Assembly (NCBI GenBank): GCA_052387735.1
Contig: JBQTIW010000035.1
Span: 24,626 to 88,625, forward strand
From: Gemmatimonadaceae bacterium
GTDB lineage: Bacteria; Gemmatimonadota; Gemmatimonadetes; Gemmatimonadales; Gemmatimonadaceae
Reading direction: 5' to 3'
DNA: 64,000 bases
Within the stretch, counting starts at the first letter, position 1; each line of letters opens with the position of its first letter. A program made the translations under genes and the position numbers. Shown piece by piece: positions 29,839-38,423 of this stretch. The notes under the pieces are model-generated. The model saw only the letters and a list, made by a program, of their open reading frames with translations. It made no database searches and was not told the origin of the DNA.

Positions 29839-30435
29839 CTAGGCCGTACCTAACGCGAGCATGAACCGTCGCGCCCGCTCGGCAGCGGGGCCCGGAGATC
29901 GCGGCCCTGCGCCACCCGGCGTGACGGCAATGTCCAGCAGCACAAATACCGGCCCATCGGTCGAGAGAACGTTCGGCAGCTCCTCGCTCCACCGCGCTGC
30001 GTCCGCGTAGCGGAAGACCCGCTCGATGCCGCACCCCCGTGCGACCATGGCGAGATCGGCACCCGCGGCAACCGCCGGGGTGGGTTGCGCTCCTGTCACT
30101 TCATAAGCCCCGTTGTCACCAACGATCAGCACCAGGTTCCGAGGGCGCTCGGCGGCAATGGTCACGAGCGAGCCGAGGTTCATCAGCATCGAGCCGTCAC
30201 CGTTGACCACGATGATGCGCCGGTCGGGCTGTGCGAGGGCCAGCCCCAGTCCTAACGAGGTTGCCTGGCCCATGCTCGACGGCACGAGGACGAAGTCGAG
30301 GGAGTGCAGTGGCCCCAGGGCGATCCAGTCACGGGCAGCCCCCATCGTCGTGATCACGATCTCCCGGTCGGTCCGTACCCGACGCAGCGCTGCGAGGGCT
30401 GCACCTAACGCGATCCGCGGCGGCGACACGGTCAT
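29839..30435 (-). CDS. sulfopyruvate/phosphonopyruvate decarboxylase beta-subunit-like (TPP-binding C-terminal module)
   Basis: MTVSPPRIALGAAL.... GDGSMLMNLGSLVT is the TPP Mg-binding GDG..N motif. Its start overlaps the alpha-like gene's stop by 4 nt. Confidence 0.7.
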   Translation of the reverse strand: MTVSPPRIALGAALAALRRVRTDREIVITTMGAARDWIALGPLHSLDFVLVPSSMGQATSLGLGLALAQPDRRIIVVNGDGSMLMNLGSLVTIAAERPRNLVLIVGDNGAYEVTGAQPTPAVAAGADLAMVARGCGIERVFRYADAARWSEELPNVLSTDGPVFVLLDIAVTPGGAGPRSPGPAAERARRFMLALGTA

Positions 30436-30947
30436 GCCTTGCCCTCGGCGACCAGCACCACACCCGGTCGGCCCGCCTCGCGGCAGCGCTGCAGATGAAG
30501 CGCTGCCGAGTCGAGTTGCGCCGCGCTGGTGACCAGGAGGTAGTCGAGCTTCCACGCGTCGAGGACCGGTTCGGTGAACACCAGGCAGGTATCTCCGGGC
30601 AGGGTATCCTGGTTCAGGAAGCTGCGATATCCGATGATACTCACGATCGGGAGCCTCCAGTCCTGCAGCACGTTCCGCAAGGCGTCACCGGATTCGAAGA
30701 AGCCCGTGCATTGGATGAGCACCAGGGGGCGGCGGCCCCCCAGGTGCAAGCCCATCGCCACGCCCCATGCTTCCCCCTCCCGGCAGACCCTAACTATGCG
30801 CAGGTTGGCAGCTTCGATCGCGGCGTCCCAGGGACCGATCGTGCTGTCCGGGACCGTCACCACGTCGGTGAAGCCGAGGCGGGTCAGCAAGCCGGCGATG
30901 GCATCACCGGTCATCGGGAGCATCCGGGCGGGGACCGGCGCTTCCAA
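30432..30947 (-). CDS. sulfopyruvate/phosphonopyruvate decarboxylase alpha-subunit-like (TPP N-terminal pyrimidine-binding module)
   Basis: 171 aa; ...VVTVPDSTIGPWDAAIE...VCREGEAWGVAMGLHLGG. Start uncertain: TTG 30947, or ATG 30923/30914. Confidence 0.65.
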   Translation of the reverse strand: MEAPVPARMLPMTGDAIAGLLTRLGFTDVVTVPDSTIGPWDAAIEAANLRIVRVCREGEAWGVAMGLHLGGRRPLVLIQCTGFFESGDALRNVLQDWRLPIVSIIGYRSFLNQDTLPGDTCLVFTEPVLDAWKLDYLLVTSAAQLDSAALHLQRCREAGRPGVVLVAEGKA

Positions 30948-30980
30948 CGGTCCTCATGGACGCGAACAGTCGCGCGCCGC

Positions 30981-31430
30981 TCAGCGCACGATGAACGTCA
31001 CGGTGTCCCGTCGCACGTCGCGCATGGGGACGTGATCCCCGGAGGCGAAGATCGCGATCACACGATGCGGGCCGGGCGTCAGAGAGTCGATGCGATACTC
31101 GGTCGCGCCGGTGCCCAGGTGAATCACCGCAGGGGGGGAGGGCAGTGGACTGCTGTCCGCCGGACCCTCACCATCGATGACGAGGTGGTGGTGTCCCTTC
31201 CCCGCTTCGACCTTGCCGCTCGCCGCGATCACCTCCACACCCACGACGCCGAGTCGGACCGTGACTGGAAGAGCGACGGAGTCTCCGTCCGCGGGGGCGG
31301 TGATCTCCACCAGAGACGGCGGCGCGGTCGTGGTCGTGTCCCCTTGGCCGGACTGCTCGGCACGCCCGCACGCGATGAGCATACAAGCTGCGCCATACGT
31401 TAGCCGCCACAGCTGTCTGGATGTCTGCAC
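30981..31430 (-). CDS. DUF4399-like lipoprotein
   Basis: AGGAGG 4 nt upstream of the GTG at 31430. Lipobox MLIACG. HHHLVIDG motif typical of DUF4399. Confidence 0.55.
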   Translation of the reverse strand: MQTSRQLWRLTYGAACMLIACGRAEQSGQGDTTTTAPPSLVEITAPADGDSVALPVTVRLGVVGVEVIAASGKVEAGKGHHHLVIDGEGPADSSPLPSPPAVIHLGTGATEYRIDSLTPGPHRVIAIFASGDHVPMRDVRRDTVTFIVR

Positions 31431-31587
31431 CGCTCCTCCTGTTGTTGGCCTGGTCTTGACTCAAGGTGCACGGGCGAGTCAGCCCGGGGAAGCACACGAC
31501 TGATCGCAGAATCTCGCTCTGGCTGCCTGCCACGGCAACCTGCAGGTCCGCGGGACACGATGTGACGCGATCGCACTTGCGGGTTTC

Positions 31588-33417
31588 ATGACGGCACGCG
31601 AACGTCGGGGGCGCATGCGCGAACTGACCCGATTCATCCGAGGTGCCGTAGCGCTCGCGCTGCTGAGTGCGGTGAGCACGGGCGCACGCGGGCAAGGACT
31701 GGCGACCGGCCACGACGCAATTCGCGTGAACCAGGTGGGCTACCTTCCCGACGCCCCCAAGGTCGCCGTGCTCTGTGCCCTGTCCCCGCGCCAGGTGACG
31801 TCGTTCCAGGTGGTGGACGCGTCCGGCCGGATTGTGTTGACGTCCCGATCGGTGACCGATGCGGGTGCCTTTGGACCTTGTATCAAGACGTATCGCCTTG
31901 CGTTCACCGCCGTTCGTCGGACGGGAACCTACCGCGACCGTGCCGGAGATCTCGAGTCCGGTCCGGCGCGCATTGGTCCGGACGTGTGGAAGGGCCTCGC
32001 CGATGTGCCGCTCGTATACATGCGCCAACAGCGTTCCGGATGGAATCCGGCGTTCGCGGCCACCGTGCACCCTAACGACGGCATTCTCGTTGATCATGCC
32101 ACGCGCACGGGCGAGGTCATTCACGCCAGCGGTGGGTGGGCGGACGCGTCGGACTACCTGCAGTATGTGACCACGTCGGCAACCGCGACCTATCAGCTGC
32201 TGCAGGCCTGGCGCGATCAGCCGTGGGCCTTTGGCGACACGCATCAGGCGGATGGTCGCCCTGGCGCGAACGGTCTGGCCGACGTGGCGGACGAGGCACG
32301 CCATGGCCTTGCCTGGTTGCTCAGAATGTTCCCCGACGATTCGCTGATGCTCAATCAAATCGGGGACGACCGGGATCATGCGTTCCACGACCTGCCGACG
32401 ACGGATTCGTCGGACTACGGATGGGGGAAGGGCCGCGAGCGCCCTCTCTATCCGTGCACGGGACAGCCACAGGGATTGTTGAAGCACAAGAACCGCGCGA
32501 GCGGTTCTGCGTCCACCGCCGGCAAACTCGCCGCGTCCTTCGCTCTCGGTGCACAGCTGTTCGCTTCACGCGAACCCGCCTTTGCCGATACGCTCACGCG
32601 CAAGGCGCGCGCGGCGTTTGCAGTCGGTGAGCGCTCGCCCGGCGCCTGCCAGACGGCACCGGCGGGGAGTCCGTACTTCTACGAGGAAGATGACTGGGCT
32701 GATGACATGGAGCTGGGCGCCGCGGCGCTCTTCGCGCTCACGGGCGAAACGCGGTTTCGCACGCTGGCGAGAGAGTACGCGGCGCGGGAACCGGTCAAGC
32801 CGTGGATGGGCGCCGACACAGCGTCTCACTACCAGTGGTACCCGTTTCACAACATTGGGCACTTCGAGCTGGCGCGGCGCGAGCGCGGTAGCGGGCGCGC
32901 CAGGATCGCCGGCTACTATCGCGAAGGATTGGAGCGGGTGGCCCGAAGGGCGACGAACGGCTTTGGCGTTGGCATTCCCTTCATCTGGTGCTCCAACGAC
33001 CTCATGACCTCGCTCGCCGTGCAGGCGATACTCTACCGCCGCCTCACACGTGACGCCCGCTTTCGCGAGTTGGAGCAGTCGGCGATCGACTGGCTCTTCG
33101 GCACGAACCCATGGGGCGTGTCGATGGTGATCGGCATTCCCCGAGACGGTCGCTTTCCCCTGGATCCACACTCCGACGTTGCACGGTTCATGAAATGGGA
33201 GCTCACCGGTGGGCTGGTCGACGGTCCGGTCTACCGGTCCATCTTCACTAACCTGCTCGGCATTCACCTCACGCGGCCTGACGAACTCGCGCCGTGGAAC
33301 ACCGGACACATCGTGTACCACGACAACTACGGCGACTACTCCACGAACGAGCCGATCATGGACGGTTCGGTCAACGTCCTCTTTCTTCTTTCGACCCTCG
33401 CGCCCGTGAACCGGTAG
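31588..33417 (+). CDS. glycoside hydrolase family 9 (endoglucanase-like) with an N-terminal Ig-like domain
   Basis: IRVNQVGYLPDAPKVAV (CelD_N-like), GGWADASDYLQY and HDNYGDYSTNEPIMDGS resemble GH9 catalytic signatures. Confidence 0.7.
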   Translation: MTARERRGRMRELTRFIRGAVALALLSAVSTGARGQGLATGHDAIRVNQVGYLPDAPKVAVLCALSPRQVTSFQVVDASGRIVLTSRSVTDAGAFGPCIKTYRLAFTAVRRTGTYRDRAGDLESGPARIGPDVWKGLADVPLVYMRQQRSGWNPAFAATVHPNDGILVDHATRTGEVIHASGGWADASDYLQYVTTSATATYQLLQAWRDQPWAFGDTHQADGRPGANGLADVADEARHGLAWLLRMFPDDSLMLNQIGDDRDHAFHDLPTTDSSDYGWGKGRERPLYPCTGQPQGLLKHKNRASGSASTAGKLAASFALGAQLFASREPAFADTLTRKARAAFAVGERSPGACQTAPAGSPYFYEEDDWADDMELGAAALFALTGETRFRTLAREYAAREPVKPWMGADTASHYQWYPFHNIGHFELARRERGSGRARIAGYYREGLERVARRATNGFGVGIPFIWCSNDLMTSLAVQAILYRRLTRDARFRELEQSAIDWLFGTNPWGVSMVIGIPRDGRFPLDPHSDVARFMKWELTGGLVDGPVYRSIFTNLLGIHLTRPDELAPWNTGHIVYHDNYGDYSTNEPIMDGSVNVLFLLSTLAPVNR

Positions 33418-33423
33418 CGCGGT

Positions 33424-33933
33424 TCACGGCGTTCGGACGGGGACTTCCGCAAGGAGCGCCTGCACGTCGAGCGGCTGCGTCCCCATGATCAGTGATCCAT
33501 CGGCGGCACGCGGCCACTCGTCCCTCGGACGGTCGCGGTACAACTCGATCCCGTTGTCGTCCGGATCCCGGAGATAGAGCGCCTCGCTCACGCCGTGATC
33601 GCTGGCTCCATCGAGCTGGATCCCCGCCTCGATCAAACGCTGCAGCGCCTCGGCCAGCGCCTTGCGCGTGGGGTAGCGTATCGCGACATGATACAACCCC
33701 GTCGTGCCGCGCGGCGGAGGCGAACCGCCGCGGCTCTCCCAGGTATTGAGGCCAATGTGGTGATGATACCCGCCGGCAGAAACAAACGCCGCCTGCGTGC
33801 CATACCTCTGCTGCAGCTCGAACCCGAGCACGTTCGTGTAGAAGTCAAGCGCGCGCTGCAGGTCGCTCACCTTGAGGTGGACATGACCGATGTCCGCACC
33901 GGGATCGATCGGTCGGCCGGACGACGCACTCAT
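33424..33933 (-). CDS. VOC-family (glyoxalase/dioxygenase fold) protein
   Basis: IGHVHLKVSDLQRALDFYTNVLGFEL...HHIGLNTW...LYHVAIRYP...EALYLRDPDDNGIELY. Its start overlaps the M28 gene's stop. Confidence 0.75.
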   Translation of the reverse strand: MSASSGRPIDPGADIGHVHLKVSDLQRALDFYTNVLGFELQQRYGTQAAFVSAGGYHHHIGLNTWESRGGSPPPRGTTGLYHVAIRYPTRKALAEALQRLIEAGIQLDGASDHGVSEALYLRDPDDNGIELYRDRPRDEWPRAADGSLIMGTQPLDVQALLAEVPVRTP

Positions 33934-35522
33934 TGGGCGACGCGCGGGCTCGGCATTGCCTTGCGCGGGAGTTTCTCGTCCCGCATCGCCGTGTTATACG
34001 CGAACCAGGCGACCACCGTCGCCATCTGTTTCATATCGGCACTCTGCACGTGGTCCACGGTATCCATGTTGGAATGATGGGTGCGCGAGTTGTACTCCAG
34101 CCGTTCCTGGATAAACTGAAACCCCGGTATTCCCACGCCGTCGAAAGCCATGTGGTCGGTGCTGCTGACCGAACGGGGGCCGAGGGTGTTCACGTCCAGA
34201 TCCTTCAAAGGCTCGATCCACTGCTTGAAGATCGGCGCGACGCCATCGTTCTGCTGCATCCAGATCCCGCGGATCTTGCCGGTGCCGTTGTCGATGTTGT
34301 AGTACGCCGAGATCTTCTGGTAGTCCGGCCTGGTCTGCATCGTCGCGGCGTCGGCGAAATGCTGCTTCACGTACTCGCGCGCGCCGAGCAGGCCTTGTTC
34401 CTCTCCGCCCCACAGTGCGATGCGGATCGTGCGGCGCGGCTTCACACCCAGCGTCTTGAGAATGCGCATCGCCTCCATCATCGCCGCGCTGCCCGAGGCG
34501 TTGTCGGTAGCACCGGTCCCCGCGTGCCAGGAATCGAAGTGGGCGCCAATCATCACCACCTCGTCCTTGAGCGCCGGGTCGGTCCCCGGAATCTCGGCCA
34601 CCACGTTGAAGGCGTTAGGCGCCGATTCGTCGTGGAACTGTACGCGCACGTCGAGCTCCACCCTGACGGGCACGCCTTTCTGGAGAACGCGCACCATCCG
34701 ATTGTAGTGCTCCACGGCCAGCGTAATCTGCACCGGCACCGGCGGTGCGTTGGGTTCGCGGCCTCCTCCCGAGCCGACGAAGACTGTACCACCGTCGACG
34801 CGCTGCGTCTGCCACGACATGTCACTGCCCCCGGCGGACATGTCCGTGTCCGAGCCCCGGTCCAGCACCGCCACCACACCTTCATCGAGGTAAAACTTGT
34901 TCAGCTGGGCCTGCGAAATGGCCGGCGGCCGGAAGCCAGGGCCTGCAGCCTGACCTGGAATCGGCAGGGACTCGGCTTCCTTCTGCTCCTTTTCACCCAT
35001 GCGCAGCACGATCGGCCCGTCGAGCAGCCGGACATCGCGCTCGCGCTGCGGAAGAACGACCTTGCCGCGTAGCTTGCCCTTGAACCTCTCCAGGTCCGGC
35101 GCGCTGCTGATCAGGACCTGTACGACCTCACCCGCCACTACACCGTTGGTGCCCGGTGTCCAGGCCTTGGGATAGCCGATCAGCGGCTGAATCTGAGGTT
35201 CGATCATGTGACCGCTAAACCGTTCGAGCGACCAGGAGCGCCCCATGCTCCACGGCTCGACCTTCACGTTGGCCAACCCCCACCTGTTCATCGTCTCTAC
35301 GGCCCATTGGCCGGCGCCCTTGAATCCGGGACTTCCCGTTAGGCGCGGCCCGTGCACGTCAGCCATCCAGGACATGAGGTCCATGACCTGCGAGCGCTGC
35401 AACCCTTCGTCACGGATGCGGCCCAGCATGATGTAATCGAGTTTCTCCGGCGCCTGCGGGCGGACCGGGCTGGGAGTTGCGGCTGCGAGAACAGCCAGGG
35501 CAACGCGGGCGACGACGCGCAT
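33930..35522 (-). CDS. secreted M28-family aminopeptidase with PA domain
   Basis: Signal peptide. NVVAEIPGTDP...VMIGAHFDSWHAGTGATDNASGSAAMMEAMR...ALWGGEEQGLLGAREY are canonical M28 metal-ligand blocks. Confidence 0.8.
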   Translation of the reverse strand: MRVVARVALAVLAAATPSPVRPQAPEKLDYIMLGRIRDEGLQRSQVMDLMSWMADVHGPRLTGSPGFKGAGQWAVETMNRWGLANVKVEPWSMGRSWSLERFSGHMIEPQIQPLIGYPKAWTPGTNGVVAGEVVQVLISSAPDLERFKGKLRGKVVLPQRERDVRLLDGPIVLRMGEKEQKEAESLPIPGQAAGPGFRPPAISQAQLNKFYLDEGVVAVLDRGSDTDMSAGGSDMSWQTQRVDGGTVFVGSGGGREPNAPPVPVQITLAVEHYNRMVRVLQKGVPVRVELDVRVQFHDESAPNAFNVVAEIPGTDPALKDEVVMIGAHFDSWHAGTGATDNASGSAAMMEAMRILKTLGVKPRRTIRIALWGGEEQGLLGAREYVKQHFADAATMQTRPDYQKISAYYNIDNGTGKIRGIWMQQNDGVAPIFKQWIEPLKDLDVNTLGPRSVSSTDHMAFDGVGIPGFQFIQERLEYNSRTHHSNMDTVDHVQSADMKQMATVVAWFAYNTAMRDEKLPRKAMPSPRVAQ

Positions 35523-35721
35523 CGGTCGGCTCCATCAGGGTAAAGCACATGCTCCGGGCCGTGTCCCGGCCATGGCTGGCACCAGTGTCCGTGCCATACA
35601 ACCACTGGGGTTCCTGCCTGCGCGGGAACCCAAGGCTCTAACGATGTCGCGGTGTACGATTTCGCGTGAGGGGCCGGCGCTTGCGTCCGTGAGGTCCGGC
35701 GCTTCTCCCGGAACCCAGGGG

Positions 35722-36392
35722 CTACCGTCCGGGGCGCAGTCGCGCGACGCGAGACGGAATACGACCTGGCGATGCTCCATACGCGAGCCACACGTCGCCG
35801 TTCCTCGCATCGACAGTGATGTGCCGCACCATCGCACCACGACTCGGCAGAGGATAGGTGGTGAACCTGGAGGTCGTGGGGTCGAAGGAGAGCACGACAT
35901 CCGCTGCCCCCGAGCCGATCCACAGCCGCCCATTGCGCGGATCCGCGCGCACCACGTAGGGAAGCGCATCGGTGAAGGGGAGCGGATACCGCTTGAACCG
36001 GCCGGGGCCGGGTTCGAATCGGACGAGCTCGCCGCCGGAATTAGGCAAGAATCCAGAGCGTACCGGCGCGGTCGATGTCGAAGCGGCGCGGACCGCTATG
36101 CGTCATCGGCATACCATAAGGCGCGCGTCTGCCGTGTGGCAGGATCGAGCGAGACGATGCGGTTCCCGCCGAGCTCCGACATCCACACGATGCCGTTAGG
36201 CGCAACACGAATCTCGTAGGGAATGGGTCCGCCGGGCACATTGCTCAACGCCGGATGCCGTGGCAAGTCAAACGCGGTGCCCTGCCCGGTGGGGTCACGC
36301 GGCTCACGCGCACCGGATCGCTCGTGAAGTGTCCGTTCGCCCAGGCGTTGTCCTCGGCGTCCGAACACGATTACAGGACGAAGACCGGTCAT
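35722..36392 (-). pseudogene. frameshifted Vgb (streptogramin-lyase)-like beta-propeller gene remnant
   Basis: Three ORFs in three different frames (36096-36392, 36041-36241, 35722-36048) join into one coherent repeat protein: ...PYEIRVAPNGIVWMSELGGNRIVSLDPATRQTRA|PYGMPMTHSGPRRFDIDRAGTLWI|LPNSGGELVRFEPGPGRFKRYPLP...RADPRNGRLWIGS...VVLSFDPTTSRFTTYPLP...DARNGDVWLAYG. No signal peptide or intact N-terminus. Confidence 0.55.
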
Positions 36393-36512
36393 CGTTAGGT
36401 CTGGACGGACCGGGCAGGATCGCGTGGCACACAGCCCGGGTCGAGCAGACAGGGACGAACCGAGCGTGAGCCGCCGGTCAGTCGTCGGTGACCGGGTGCA
36501 TTCCGCGGGTAC

Positions 36513-36962
36513 TCAGCCCGTGCGGAGTGCCTCCCCAAGGCGCGCGAGGCATCCGTCCCACCCCTGACCGTGCCCATCGCGACTTCCCTCTGAGGTGAAG
36601 CGCGTGTGCCGCAGCAGCAGCTCGGACCCCTGCGGCGCCCCAATGAACTCGAGCGTGACCAGCGTCTCACCATCCTGGGGCTTGTTTTCCCATCGCCACG
36701 TGAACGAGAGCCGGTTGGGCGCCCTCACTTCGTGGTAGGTGCCGGTCACGATATGCGTCTCACCGGCTGGTGGCCGCATTTCGATTCGATAGGCCCCACC
36801 CTCCCGCAGGTCCAGCGCGTGCACGATCGTCGTCATCTCCGCCGTTGGCGCGAACCACGTGCCTAACGCTTCCGGGTCGGTCCACGCGGCGAAGAGCTCG
36901 GCCGGCGTGGCGTCATAGGTGCGTCGGATCTCGAGGCGGAGGTCTTGTGCGGTGGTTTCCAT
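36513..36962 (-). CDS. SRPBCC-superfamily (AHSA1/START-like) protein
   Basis: METTAQDLRLEIRRTYDATPAELFAAWTDPEALGTWFAP...LSFTWRWE.... The typical partner gene of ArsR-family regulators. Confidence 0.75.
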   Translation of the reverse strand: METTAQDLRLEIRRTYDATPAELFAAWTDPEALGTWFAPTAEMTTIVHALDLREGGAYRIEMRPPAGETHIVTGTYHEVRAPNRLSFTWRWENKPQDGETLVTLEFIGAPQGSELLLRHTRFTSEGSRDGHGQGWDGCLARLGEALRTG

Positions 36963-37300
36963 GTTGACGATCCAGTTGTGGAGCGCTGGAGGTAGCGATC
37001 CAGCGAATCGAGTTGTCCCTGCCAGAAGTCGCGATAGTGCGACAGCCACTTATCGACCGAGGCCAGCGGTTTCGGGACGAGACGACAGATACGCGTCCGG
37101 CCCTCCTTCCGCGCACGCACGAGCCCCGCCCGCTCCAGATATCGCACATGCTTGAGCATGGCAGCGAGTGTGATCGCGTGTGGCGCCGCAAGCTCACCGA
37201 CGGAGGCTTCACCTCCGCGCAGCTGACCGAGCATGGTGCGCCGCACGGGGTCGGCCAGCGCGGAGAATGTGGTATCGAGTGTCGACGAATAGTTTACCAT
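36863..37300 (-). CDS. ArsR/SmtB-family transcriptional regulator
   Basis: MVNYSSTLDTTFSALADPVRRTMLGQL..GEASVGELAAPHAITLAAMLKHVRYLERAGLV (wHTH). The 3' tail overlaps the SRPBCC gene by about 100 nt and looks like shadow-frame read-through. Confidence 0.7.
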   Translation of the reverse strand: MVNYSSTLDTTFSALADPVRRTMLGQLRGGEASVGELAAPHAITLAAMLKHVRYLERAGLVRARKEGRTRICRLVPKPLASVDKWLSHYRDFWQGQLDSLDRYLQRSTTGSSTWKPPHKTSASRSDAPMTPRRPSSSPRGPTRKR

Positions 37301-37313
37301 TGGGTATAGTATT
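37288..37313. promoter_or_regulatory. AT-rich imperfect inverted repeat across the arsR-like start codon (candidate autoregulatory operator)
   Basis: AATAGTTTACC-ATTG-GGTATAGTATT, arms matching 9/11. Confidence 0.35.
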
Positions 37314-37443
37314 GGAGTGAACGCGTGGAGTGTCAAGGCGCACGGTTCCCAGTTGCGAGAACGAACCGCGGACCAATGGCGCAAGCCGTGTCACGCGTCC
37401 GACCGTGCGGCCCGTCCGCCGGCGCGCCCGTGTGCCTCCACGG

Positions 37444-38331
37444 TCAGCCGTCCAGTTCGTCGATCGACCTTGGCCAATCACCCTTCAGCAGGCGCGAGAG
37501 CGCGCGATCGGCGAGCAGGCGACCCTCGGTCTGGCAGCGCGCACAATAGTTGGTCTCGTTATCAGCGTAGCGAATGCGCTGGACCGGTGCGCCGCAATCG
37601 GGACAGGGCTGGCCGTACCTGCCGTGCACGGCCATGCCTTCTCGAAATGCCGTGACGGTCTCGGGAAATCCACCACCGATCTCGGTTCGAAAACGCTCGA
37701 TCCACTGGTGGAGGACCGTTTGCGTCGAGCGATGGAGCGTGTCGATCTGTGCGTCTGTCATGCGAGCCGTGGTGAGCAACGGCGAAAGTCGAGCGTGATG
37801 CAGAATCTCGTCGGAGTACGCGTTGCCAACGCCGCTGAAGAGCCGCGGATCGGTGAGCGAGCGTTTGAGTGTGTGGTTTTCCTTACGTAGGCGCTCGGCG
37901 AACTGGTCGCGGGTGGCGGCCAGAACCTCCAGCCCGCCGCGGTCAATTGTGGCGAGCGCCTGGCGCCCACGCACCACCGTGAGGGAGGCACGACGCTTCG
38001 TTCCCGCTTCGGTGAGAATGAGCCACCCGTGGGCGAACTCGAACGTCGCCAGCGCCGCACGGCCTGGCGCCTTCCCACCGGGCGGCCGCCAGCGGAGACG
38101 CCCAGCGATCATCAGGTGAATGACGAGATGGAGATCACCGTCGAACGAGAGCACGATCCGTTTCCCGATCCGTTCGAGGCCTGCAACATGCCGGCCAACC
38201 AGGGCGCTGATCGGGGGGTCGACCGACCGCACGAGAAACGGACTCGTCAGGCGAAGTGCCGTCAGCTCGTGCGCCACCACGTGTCGCTGAAGCCCCTCGA
38301 GATAGGCAATGATGTCGGGCAGTTCGGGCAT
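37444..38331 (-). CDS. Fpg/Nei-family DNA glycosylase/AP lyase
   Basis: N-terminal MPELPDI (catalytic Pro2/Glu3), H2TH region, C-terminal zinc finger CPDCGAPVQRIRYADNETNYCARCQ. Confidence 0.8.
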   Translation of the reverse strand: MPELPDIIAYLEGLQRHVVAHELTALRLTSPFLVRSVDPPISALVGRHVAGLERIGKRIVLSFDGDLHLVIHLMIAGRLRWRPPGGKAPGRAALATFEFAHGWLILTEAGTKRRASLTVVRGRQALATIDRGGLEVLAATRDQFAERLRKENHTLKRSLTDPRLFSGVGNAYSDEILHHARLSPLLTTARMTDAQIDTLHRSTQTVLHQWIERFRTEIGGGFPETVTAFREGMAVHGRYGQPCPDCGAPVQRIRYADNETNYCARCQTEGRLLADRALSRLLKGDWPRSIDELDG

Positions 38332-38423
38332 CGGTTCTGGGACGCAGGGACGGCTGGCAACCACGTTCCGTCAATCATCGCGACTCAGCAACTTGTATCG
38401 CGAGCCAGTGTACCTGCGTCCCC

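Noticed and set aside
35523-35721. The direct repeat CCGGCGCTT x2 and the GGTTCC...GGAACC stem in the spacer upstream of the M28 gene.
   Set aside because: These are short (6-9 nt) matches that are expected by chance in GC-rich DNA. No further support was found.
36005-36025. GGTTCGAATC, which resembles a tRNA T-loop.
   Set aside because: The flanking bases do not form a T-stem (CCGGG vs CGGAC), and no acceptor or anticodon arms could be drawn. It lies inside the propeller pseudogene (RFEPGPG). No tRNA, rRNA or tmRNA was recognised anywhere in the window.
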